A DNA stretch of 14,066 nt from contig JBNKTL010000069.1 of the NCBI GenBank assembly GCA_050298055.1, positions 1 to 14,066 on the forward strand, read 5' to 3'. This stretch comes from Spirochaetota bacterium. Lineage in GTDB: Bacteria > Spirochaetota > UBA4802 > UBA5550. Each line of letters starts with the position of its first letter. The first letter of the stretch is position 1. The notes under the pieces were generated by a model, which did no database searches, was not told the origin of the DNA, and worked only from the letters and a program-made list of their open reading frames with translations. This document shows positions 1-7,326 of the stretch, one piece after another. The translations under genes were made by a program, and so were the position numbers.

Positions 1-1
1 A

Positions 2-2602
2 AAGGAGAATAAGTGTCATATCTGCGAAAATGTATGTAAAAACGATGCGATTGACTTAAAGCAGCCAGCCGAAAAAATAGAAATTAAAGCAGGCGCCATC
101 ATCCTTGCTCAGGGCATAGAACCATACGATGCCAAGCTGAAAGCAGAATACCGTTACGGTCAATATGACAATGTCGTGACCAGTATGGATTATGAGCGTT
201 TATTGTGTTCCACCGGGCCCTATTCAGGGGAGATACTCCGGGCTTCCGATATGAAACATCCCCATAATATTGCCTGGATCCAGTGCGTGGGTTCAAGACA
301 GGTGAACCGGGAGGGTAACAGCTACTGTTCCTCTGTCTGCTGCACATATACTCAGAAACAGGTGATCCTTACCAAGGATCATGATTCCGAAGCCCGCTGT
401 ACAGTTTTCCATAACGATATACGCTCCTTCGGAAAGGACTTCGAACGCTTCTACCAGAGGGCCGGGGATCTCTCCGGCGTCAGGTTTATCAGGAGCTATA
501 CCTCCATCGTGAAAGAGGACCCCCAAACGAAGAATGTGACCGTAAGATATTTTGATCCCCGGGAGGGAGCAAGAGAAGAAGAGTTCGACATGGTGGTACT
601 GTCTGTAGGTTTGGAACCCCCCGTGGATGTAAAGGAGATATCGAAGGTTTTCAACATTGATCTTGAATCCCATAACTTCTGCAAGACCGATACATTTAAT
701 CCCCTGCTCACCTCCCGGCCCGGAATATTTGTCAGCGGAAGTTTACAGGGACCTCTGGACATTCCGGAATCGGTTTTCAGCGCCAGCGGTGCCGGTTCGC
801 AGACAGGTGAGATGCTGGATTACCGCCGGGGAGATCTCTCCAGGGAGAGGGCATATCCCCCCGAAAGAGATGTCTCCGGGGAAGAGCCCCGGGTGGGGGT
901 CTTTGTCTGCCATTGCGGGGCAAATATCGGAAGAATTGTGAATGTTCCCCATACGGTTGAGTATTGCAAAACCCTTCCCCATGTTGTCTATGTGCAGGAA
1001 CAGCTTTTTTCCTGTGCCACCAACTCGGCCCGGGAGATAACCGACATTGCCCGGGAGAAGGGATTCAACAGGGTTGTCATTGCCGCGTGTACTCCAAAGA
1101 CCCTGGAGCCTCTGTTCCGGGACACACTGAGGGAAGCGGGGATCAACCAGTATTACCTTGACATGGCCAATATCAGGGAGCACTGCTCATGGGTCCACTC
1201 AAAAGAGAAAGAGGAAGCCACGCAAAAGGCAAAGGACCTGATCAGAATGTCCATAGCCCGCGCCTCTGTTCTCGAACCCCTTAATGAATTTGACCTGCCG
1301 GTGAACAAGGCCGCCCTGGTGGTGGGGGGAGGCATAGCGGGTATGAACACCTCCCTCTCCATAGCCAACCAGGGACATGATGTTTACCTTCTGGAGAAAG
1401 AAGGAGAACTGGGAGGAATGGCCAGGAAAATCCACATGACCCTTGAGGGGGATGATGTTCAGGCTTATCTCTCCGGTCTGATAAAAAAGATATACGATCA
1501 TCCCCTGATACATGTACATCATGATGCCGTTATCACACAGGCTTCAGGTTATATCGGTAATTTTGTTACAACGGTGAAATCCGATCTGGGTACCAGGGAG
1601 ATAAAACACGGGGCAACCGTTCTGGCAACCGGGGCCGGTGTTTACCGGCCCGTCGAATACCTCTACGGAGAGGATGAGAGGGTCATGACCCATCTTGAGC
1701 TTGAGGAAAGAATAGCACAGGGCGACGAAAAGATAACAAAGGCCGGGACCCTTGTGATGATACAGTGCGTGGGATGCAGGAATGAGGAAAGAAATTACTG
1801 CAGCAGGGTATGCTGCAGCGAATCCGTAAAGAACGCCCTTAAACTGAAAGAGATTAATCCTCACATGGATATTTATATTCTTTACAGGGATTTAAGGACC
1901 TACGGGTTCCGTGAAGATTATTACCGGGAAGCACGGGGGAGGAAGGTAAGGTTCATCCGCTATGAGCCTGATGATGAACCCCGGGTTGAAGCTGTTAAGG
2001 AGAAGGGCGGGAGTATTCTGAAGGTAACCTTAACCGACCAGACCTTAAACGGGAAGGTATCCATTAATGCCGATATTCTTTCCCTGGCCGCGGCAGTGGT
2101 CCCCGCAGGGACAGAGGAAATTTCAAAATTATTCAAGGTCACATTGAATCCCGACGGGTTCTTTAAAGAAGCCCATGTTAAATTGCAGCCTGTTGAATTT
2201 GCCACCGACGGCGTTTATCTCTGCGGCATGGCTCATTATCCCAAGTTCATCCCTGAAACAATCAACCAGTCCTATGGAGCAGCGGGCCGTGTCCTGGCGC
2301 TTCTTTCACAGGATGTTGTAACTGCCTCGGGGTCTGTGTGCGAGATTAACGAGAAGAAGTGTATGGGATGCGGAGCATGCGTTGATGCCTGTACCTATGG
2401 TGCCCTTGAACTGCAGGATTCAAAGCGGGGCAAAAAGGCCGTGATTAACCCTGTTCTCTGTAAAGGCTGCGGCCTCTGCAATTCAAAATGTCCCACAGCC
2501 GCTGTTTCACTGAAGCACTATACCGACGATGAACTGATGAAACAGATCGATGCTGCCACCGAAAAGGAAGATGATAGTGTGAAAAAAAATGATGTGGCCT
2601 GA
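2..2602 (+). CDS. hdrA: Tandem (double-module) heterodisulfide reductase subunit A-like FAD/FeS protein, BamE-like; 5' end lies outside the window
   Basis: The frame is open from base 2 (KENKCHICENVCKNDAIDL...AGAIILAQG...YGQYDNVVTSMDYERLL), so the GTG at 176 is internal. Module 1 motifs: QCVGSR, YCSSVCC, DIRSFGK, DMVVLSVG, GPLDIPESV. Module 2 from about 881: VGVFVCHCG, VIAACTP, NIREHCSWVH, GGGIAG, QCVGCR, YCSRVCC, DLRTYG, FFKEAHVKL, and a C-terminal 2x[4Fe-4S] domain (CMGCGACVDAC, CKGCGLCNSKC). Ends TGA followed by TAA. Confidence 0.95.
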   Translation, partial: KENKCHICENVCKNDAIDLKQPAEKIEIKAGAIILAQGIEPYDAKLKAEYRYGQYDNVVTSMDYERLLCSTGPYSGEILRASDMKHPHNIAWIQCVGSRQVNREGNSYCSSVCCTYTQKQVILTKDHDSEARCTVFHNDIRSFGKDFERFYQRAGDLSGVRFIRSYTSIVKEDPQTKNVTVRYFDPREGAREEEFDMVVLSVGLEPPVDVKEISKVFNIDLESHNFCKTDTFNPLLTSRPGIFVSGSLQGPLDIPESVFSASGAGSQTGEMLDYRRGDLSRERAYPPERDVSGEEPRVGVFVCHCGANIGRIVNVPHTVEYCKTLPHVVYVQEQLFSCATNSAREITDIAREKGFNRVVIAACTPKTLEPLFRDTLREAGINQYYLDMANIREHCSWVHSKEKEEATQKAKDLIRMSIARASVLEPLNEFDLPVNKAALVVGGGIAGMNTSLSIANQGHDVYLLEKEGELGGMARKIHMTLEGDDVQAYLSGLIKKIYDHPLIHVHHDAVITQASGYIGNFVTTVKSDLGTREIKHGATVLATGAGVYRPVEYLYGEDERVMTHLELEERIAQGDEKITKAGTLVMIQCVGCRNEERNYCSRVCCSESVKNALKLKEINPHMDIYILYRDLRTYGFREDYYREARGRKVRFIRYEPDDEPRVEAVKEKGGSILKVTLTDQTLNGKVSINADILSLAAAVVPAGTEEISKLFKVTLNPDGFFKEAHVKLQPVEFATDGVYLCGMAHYPKFIPETINQSYGAAGRVLALLSQDVVTASGSVCEINEKKCMGCGACVDACTYGALELQDSKRGKKAVINPVLCKGCGLCNSKCPTAAVSLKHYTDDELMKQIDAATEKEDDSVKKNDVA

Positions 2603-2610
2603 TAAAGTAT

Positions 2611-2625
2611 GAGAGGAGGAGAAGG
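2611..2625 (+). promoter_or_regulatory. Shine-Dalgarno region for the mvhD-like gene
   Basis: GAGAGGAGGAGAAGG lies just upstream of ATG 2631. Confidence 0.75.
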
Positions 2626-2630
2626 TAATA

Positions 2631-3476
2631 ATGAGTCGAGACCCTAAGTTTAAACCCAAAATACTCGGTTTTGCCTGCGACACATGAGCATACGGTGCCG
2701 CTGATCTGGCTGGAGTTTCCAGACTACAATACGCAACGGAAATAAGGCTCATTCGGGTCATGTGCACGGGAAGGGTGGATCTGACCCACGTTTTACGGGC
2801 ATTCTCTAATGGGAATGACGGTGTCTATCTCGGGGGGTGTCATCTTAACGAGTGTAATTATATCACCCACGGGAATTACCATGCCGTCAATATGGTGCTC
2901 CTCTGCAGGAGAATTATGGAATATATGGGGCTCAATCCCGAAAGGCTCCGGATCGCGTTCACCTCCTCCGCGGAAGGAATGCTTTTCAAGGAATATATGA
3001 ATGATTTTAATAAGACTGTAAAGGAGATAGGGCCCCTGGGGAAAAGTGAAGGGCTGGAGATGGATACTCTCAAATCCAAAATTGAGGAAGTCATGAAACT
3101 GGTCCCCTATATCAAGGTGGTTAAAAATGAGAAGCTCGGGGTCCCCCTGAGAAATCCCGATGAATATGATGAGTATTTTACGAAAGATGAGATAGAGAAG
3201 CTGTTCAGCGAAGTACCTGCATACTCTATCGATCCTGAAAAGTGCCAGGCATGCATGACCTGTGCCAGGAGATGCCCCGCGGAAGCTATCATCAGCGCCA
3301 GACAGGAGGTCCATATTGTTGAACAGGACAAATGCATTAAATGCGGTACCTGCCTGGAGGTCTGTCCGCCGAAATTCGGCGCAGTGACCAGGATAACCGG
3401 CAGCCCGGTTCCGCCTCCACTTCCCAAAGGAAAACGGGCTATAATTAAAAAGAGTAAAGATCAGGGTGTTGCGTAA
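2631..3476 (+). CDS. mvhD: Selenocysteine-containing MvhD/FlpD (hydrogenase delta, [2Fe-2S]) protein fused to a C-terminal 2x[4Fe-4S] ferredoxin domain; BamF-like; 281 aa with Sec at residue 19
   Basis: ATG 2631 is in frame with ORF 2760-3476 and translates MSRDPKFKPKILGFACDT(TGA)AYGAADLAGVSRLQYATEIRLIRVMCTGRVD, the typical MvhD N-terminus (FxPKIxxFxCxxCxYxxADLAG...IRVMCxGRV). It continues GGCHLNECNYITHGN and LNPERLRI, then CQACMTCARRCP and CIKCGTCLEVCP. Confidence 0.92.
2705..2724 (+). promoter_or_regulatory. Candidate bacterial SECIS hairpin
   Basis: CTGGA (2710-2714) - GTT - TCCAG (2718-2722). The apical loop begins with G, 27 nt after the TGA. An alternative pairing TCTGG (2705-2709) / CCAGA (2719-2723) is also possible. 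Confidence 0.65.
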
Positions 3477-3479
3477 ATT

Positions 3480-4043
3480 ATGGGAGAAGAAACCATACAT
3501 ATTGATAAAAAGAGTTCTCTGCTGACGGATGCCGTTGCAGCGGTGGGCTGTATCGATGTCAGCTGCTGCTACCAGTGCGGCAAGTGCTCCACGGGATGTC
3601 CCGTGGCATACGAAATGGACCTGACCCCCACACAACTGATACACGCGATCCAACTGGGATTAAAAGACCTTGTTTATAACAGCAGGACCATGTGGCTCTG
3701 CGCCTCCTGTCTCACCTGCACTACCTACTGCCCCCAGGGAGTGGATATTGCCGGGGCCCTGGACAGCGTAAAGGTCCTGATGCAGAGGGATAAAAAGAAG
3801 CCGAAAGTCCCCGATGTGCTTAAATTCAGCAGGAGCTTTGTTCAGAACCTCAGGTGGTTCGGGCGCCTCTATGAACTGGGGATGATCGGCATGCTAAAGC
3901 TTCGCACGGGAAAATTTACCCGGGATCTGGGAATGGGAATGAAGATGCTTAAGAGGAAGAAGTTCAGATTCTTTCCCCGGTTCACCGGTTCCCGGGAAGT
4001 ACGAAAAATAATCAGGCGGGTTAAAAAACAGGAGAAGGCATGA
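3480..4043 (+). CDS. hdrC: Heterodisulfide reductase subunit C-like 2x[4Fe-4S] protein
   Basis: CYQCGKCSTGCP, MDLTP, WLCASCLTCTTYCPQGVD and GRLYELG motifs; starts 3 nt after the mvhD stop. Confidence 0.92.
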   Translation: MGEETIHIDKKSSLLTDAVAAVGCIDVSCCYQCGKCSTGCPVAYEMDLTPTQLIHAIQLGLKDLVYNSRTMWLCASCLTCTTYCPQGVDIAGALDSVKVLMQRDKKKPKVPDVLKFSRSFVQNLRWFGRLYELGMIGMLKLRTGKFTRDLGMGMKMLKRKKFRFFPRFTGSREVRKIIRRVKKQEKA

Positions 4044-4906
4044 AATACGCATACTATCCGGGATGTTCCCTCCATTCCACCGGGGAGGAGTTTGGCAGTT
4101 CACTCCGGGCTGTCTGCAATAAACTGGATGTTGAACTGGTGGAAGTTGATAAATGGGTCTGCTGCGGCGCAACCGCGGCCCATAATGTCTCCCGGCTGCT
4201 GGCAACATCCCTGCCCATGACCAATCTTGCCCGTCTGCCGAAGATGGGGCTGGATGAGGTTATCATCCCCTGCGCGGAGTGCTTCTCAAAGTTCAAGACC
4301 GCCCAGCATAACGTGAAAACCGACACAAAGCTCCGGAGGGACGTGGTGGAAGTCATTCACAAAGACTGTAACATTGAGGCAAAGGTTACTCACCCCCTGG
4401 AGATCTTTAACAGGGAGCCGTTGATCTCCCGGATCTCCTCCGCCGTGGAGCGTGATCTTTCCGGTCTCAAAGTGGCATCTTACTACGGATGCCTTTTAAC
4501 CCGCCCCCCGGAGATAACCGGTTTTGAAAACGACAAGTCACCTGAGGGCATGGACAGGGTTTTGCAGGCTGCAGGAGTTACCACCCTTGACTGGTCCCTG
4601 AAGACCACCTGCTGCGGCGCCTCCTTTGCTCTCTCGAAACCTGATATTGTGGTAAATCTCAGCCACAAGATAATAGAGGAGGCAAAATCCGCAGGAGCCG
4701 ATGCCATTGTTGTGGCATGTCCCATGTGTCACGCGAACCTCGATACCCGGCAGGATGATATGGAAAAGGAGTTCGGCGCCCATCCCCGGATGCCGGTCCT
4801 CTATTTCACCCAGCTCATGGGGTACAGCTTCGGCCTCTCCCCCGGGGAGCTTATGTTTCACAGGCATCTCACCGGGGTGGAAAGTTTCTTCACGTCTGCG
4901 GATTGA
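4040..4906 (+). CDS. hdrB: Heterodisulfide reductase subunit B (two CCG domains)
   Basis: YYPGCS...WVCCGA...PCAEC and YYGCLL...CCGA...ACPMCHANLD, plus PVLYFTQLMG; ATGA overlap with hdrC. Confidence 0.95.
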   Translation: MKYAYYPGCSLHSTGEEFGSSLRAVCNKLDVELVEVDKWVCCGATAAHNVSRLLATSLPMTNLARLPKMGLDEVIIPCAECFSKFKTAQHNVKTDTKLRRDVVEVIHKDCNIEAKVTHPLEIFNREPLISRISSAVERDLSGLKVASYYGCLLTRPPEITGFENDKSPEGMDRVLQAAGVTTLDWSLKTTCCGASFALSKPDIVVNLSHKIIEEAKSAGADAIVVACPMCHANLDTRQDDMEKEFGAHPRMPVLYFTQLMGYSFGLSPGELMFHRHLTGVESFFTSAD

Positions 4907-4965
4907 CGGTGACCAGCCTGCCAGGACAAATAGGATTAAAGAGAATAACCAAATGCAGATGATAA

Positions 4966-5316
4966 TCAGGCTTTTTTTACAACTGAGCACTTAAGATACA
5001 TCGATCCATGCCCTTCAATTTTACAGGATATGTCATGGCCATTAACGGGTTCATCGAGTAGTCTGATATTTTTTACTTTTGTTCCCGACTTAATAGTGTC
5101 TTTCCCGGCTTTTAGGTCTTTAATAATTGTGACAGAATCACCATTTTTAAGTTGTACCCCATGTGCATCGAGAAATTGTGCTGTTGCGCTTTCTGCTTCA
5201 GCCTGAACTTCTTCAAGTGTCCACTCGTGGGAACACTCGGGGCAGATCCATAATTGACCATCTGTATAGCCATAGGGTGATTTACATTTTGGGCATGTTT
5301 GATTTTTTTCGTTCAT
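4966..5316 (-). CDS. phnA: PhnA/YjdM-family zinc-ribbon protein (116 aa)
   Basis: Start reassigned to ATG 5316 (AAAGGA upstream; the longer ORF overlaps the neighbouring gene). Motifs: CPKC...YTDG..WICPECSHEW, DAHGVQLKNGDSVTIIKDLK, IKSGTKVKNIRL, HDISCKIEGHGSMYLKCSVVKK. Confidence 0.9.
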   Translation of the reverse strand: MNEKNQTCPKCKSPYGYTDGQLWICPECSHEWTLEEVQAEAESATAQFLDAHGVQLKNGDSVTIIKDLKAGKDTIKSGTKVKNIRLLDEPVNGHDISCKIEGHGSMYLKCSVVKKA

Positions 5317-5365
5317 TTCTGTTCCTTTAGATTTTTGATATATGTTAAAAAGATACCTGGAAGTT

Positions 5366-6652
5366 TTAGTCCTCCTCTTCCGGCACCAGGCAGTCATCCT
5401 GGTAATTGTTCCAGACATATTCGTTTGAATAATATTCTTCGTCATCAACAACCGGAAGGTAGACCATGGCAAGATCAGCGGGATTGTGAGACCATGGATG
5501 GGCCTTCTTATTTACTCTTTCATATTCATGGTCGGTGAGGTCCAGGTTGTCACAGAAGACGGCGTCGGAAGTTCCGTGCCACATCCACGGGGGGGACCCG
5601 TGCTTACTGATGAACCTGTAAGGTTTTTCGGTAAACATGTAAGGCCTGTATCTGTTAAACCAGAGCCCGCCATCCGGGTCGAAAACATTAATCAGTCTGT
5701 AACGGGTATAGGTATACTTACTTTTCCGCCTGTAAATATCCGAAAAGACCGGTTCTTCAGCGTCGCCCCGTGAGGGTATGTACCGGATGTGATCTCCTCC
5801 CCCGGGGTTGGGGTGTTGAAATGCCCCCTTCTTCTTGTTCCGGGGATTTGCACAGGATGGGGCTCCCCAGTCCGGATAGCAGCCGGCCCCGTGCCCTCCT
5901 TCCTCCTGTGTGGTGATGACCCGCATGACATTGTCACCCATGCTTGCCATGGCCTCACTGCTGTAATTGATCTTCAGGGAAGACCGCCAGTGACGTATCT
6001 TTTCATATTTCTTATAATCAGGGTGATGCCGGTCTTCTTTTGTAAAGGGAAGGTAGGTATGAATGTAACCATGTGACTGGGCAAGGACCGCTTCCAGTAT
6101 CCCGTACCCGTCATTTCTTTTGATGATGAACATCACCCCTTCCAGATCGTTTTTTTTCCAGTTATTCCGTATTTTGCCTGCCAGTGGAATTTTTCTTACC
6201 CGGGTGTCCCAGGGATGATAATAAAAGTAGCTGATAAAATGGTGGGTCTCGGAAGAAACAACAGAGTAATACACATAGGCCCTGAGAGGGTAACTCAGCA
6301 TCCTGCGAATGAGCCTGTAGTCCCAGAGGCCTTCTTTTTTCCCCGGAAACACCCTGTCTATCCGGGTTATGTAATCGGGTCTGGACCTGTCTTTACCAAC
6401 CGGGTTGATATCCTGGTAATGAACCGGTGCCCAGTGATAGGCAAGGTCTTCCACTTTTATCCCCGGTTCAATTTCCGTCTTGTTGACCGTCTTCCGTATT
6501 TCGGCCCTGCCGCCCTTAAACTGTTCCCTTTCCACACAGACGTTGATTTCCCTGGTCTTGCGTAATCCGAACCAGAGGATAATAATCACCAGGGCAATAA
6601 GAAAAAAGATAAAACCTTTAGATATCCTGCCATTCTTAATAAAATTGAGCAT
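5366..6652 (-). CDS. Hypothetical exported/membrane-anchored protein (428 aa)
   Basis: Long ORF with an N-terminal hydrophobic segment (GFIFFLIALVIIILWFGL) and conserved-looking blocks WAPVHYQD, YVYYSVV..ETHHFISYFYYHPWD, NDLEG, GGHG, PPWMW. Confidence 0.8.
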   Translation of the reverse strand: MLNFIKNGRISKGFIFFLIALVIIILWFGLRKTREINVCVEREQFKGGRAEIRKTVNKTEIEPGIKVEDLAYHWAPVHYQDINPVGKDRSRPDYITRIDRVFPGKKEGLWDYRLIRRMLSYPLRAYVYYSVVSSETHHFISYFYYHPWDTRVRKIPLAGKIRNNWKKNDLEGVMFIIKRNDGYGILEAVLAQSHGYIHTYLPFTKEDRHHPDYKKYEKIRHWRSSLKINYSSEAMASMGDNVMRVITTQEEGGHGAGCYPDWGAPSCANPRNKKKGAFQHPNPGGGDHIRYIPSRGDAEEPVFSDIYRRKSKYTYTRYRLINVFDPDGGLWFNRYRPYMFTEKPYRFISKHGSPPWMWHGTSDAVFCDNLDLTDHEYERVNKKAHPWSHNPADLAMVYLPVVDDEEYYSNEYVWNNYQDDCLVPEEED

Positions 6653-6728
6653 AAGATAATTATCCGCACTTGCTGTGGTCTGGAGCGGTTAAAGATACAA
6701 CCTCCTTTACGCGAGATTGATTTACAGC

Positions 6729-6758
6729 ATTATAATTCTTTATAATGTATCTTCTCAA
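6729..6758 (-). promoter_or_regulatory. Candidate sigma70 promoter for the 428-aa gene
   Basis: Minus strand TTGAGA (6758-6753) - 18 nt - TATAAT (6734-6729), about 75 nt upstream of ATG 6652. Confidence 0.45.
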
Positions 6759-6982
6759 TTAAGATTATAATGCATCCACTCTTCCGAAAATACTTTGTGA
6801 TACTTTGGAAATATTCTAATTACCGGTTGCATGCAGGAGACTTTATTGTCAACAGAAAATCGTTAATGCAAACTTACAATTCTCCAATATTCCTTTCCTG
6901 CTTCAGAGGAAATCTCCAGTGGGGGTGGTTCAACTTTTTTGAATATTGAATTTACATAAATTGCTTGTATCCGGAAGGATTT

Positions 6983-7171
6983 TTATTCCATCCTGATTAT
7001 CTTAACCTTGCTGTTAATCCACTCCGAGGGAAGATATATCCTTCCGCTTTTTCCCGAGTGGCTTACATTTTTCTCAATCATCTCTTTTCCGTAAAATACA
7101 AATTTAATCATATTACTTTTCTTTAATTCATCTGATTCGTGTTCATTTGATTTATTATTTTTTTCGGTCAT
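6983..7171 (-). CDS. Small DUF2080-like protein (62 aa), probable swapped-hairpin (AbrB-like) DNA-binding fold
   Basis: KFVFYGKEMIEKNVSHSGKSGRIYLPSEWINSKVKIIRME fits the DUF2080 pattern as I recall it (E..EK.V...G.SG..YLP..W....VKIIR). ATG 7171 is preceded by GAGGAAAGGG; an alternative ATG lies at 7189. Confidence 0.75.
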   Translation of the reverse strand: MTEKNNKSNEHESDELKKSNMIKFVFYGKEMIEKNVSHSGKSGRIYLPSEWINSKVKIIRME

Positions 7172-7260
7172 TACCCTTTCCTCTTTCATCTTGAAAATAA
7201 CTAAACAAATTTACCATAAATGACAAATACCTCTGTTTTGTGGAAGATGTCAAGGAATAT

Positions 7261-7320
7261 ATGTCATAAATTGTAATATAATGTAATTAATAGTAATATT
7301 ATGTAGTAATAAGAAATATT
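7261..7320. repeat. Six imperfect 10-bp tandem units, consensus WWGTAATAWW
   Basis: ATGTCATAAA / TTGTAATATA / ATGTAATTAA / TAGTAATATT / ATGTAGTAAT / AAGAAATATT: G at position 3 and T at position 7 in all six units. Confidence 0.7.
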
Positions 7321-7326
7321 ATTCAA
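7298..7326 (-). promoter_or_regulatory. Candidate sigma70 promoter for the DUF2080-like gene, overlapping the repeat array
   Basis: Minus strand TTGAAT (7326-7321) - 17 nt - CATAAT (7303-7298). The AT-rich context makes chance matches possible. Confidence 0.35.

Noticed and set aside
176..178. GTG 176 as the hdrA start
   Set aside because: The frame is open and HdrA-like from base 2; the true start is outside the window.
2685..2687. mvhD as a nonsense pseudogene, or a genome-wide UGA reassignment
   Set aside because: The TGA falls on a conserved Cys position with intact sequence on both sides and a SECIS-like hairpin, and other genes terminate at TGA normally.
2793..3653. 286-aa minus-strand ORF
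   Set aside because: Antisense shadow of mvhD/hdrC with no recognisable motifs.
5317..5472. N-terminal extension of the PhnA ORF in the track
   Set aside because: It overlaps the 428-aa gene, PhnA similarity starts at Met 5316, and that ATG has its own RBS.
6890..6945. tRNA-like or structured ncRNA (GGTTCAACT resembling a T-loop; small hairpins TTTCCT/AGGAAA and TTCAA/TTGAA)
   Set aside because: No proper T-stem, acceptor stem or cloverleaf can be built, and such short hairpins are expected by chance.
6983..7189. Mobile element implied by the 'transposon-encoded' label of DUF2080
   Set aside because: No transposase, TnpB, terminal inverted repeats or target duplication are visible nearby.
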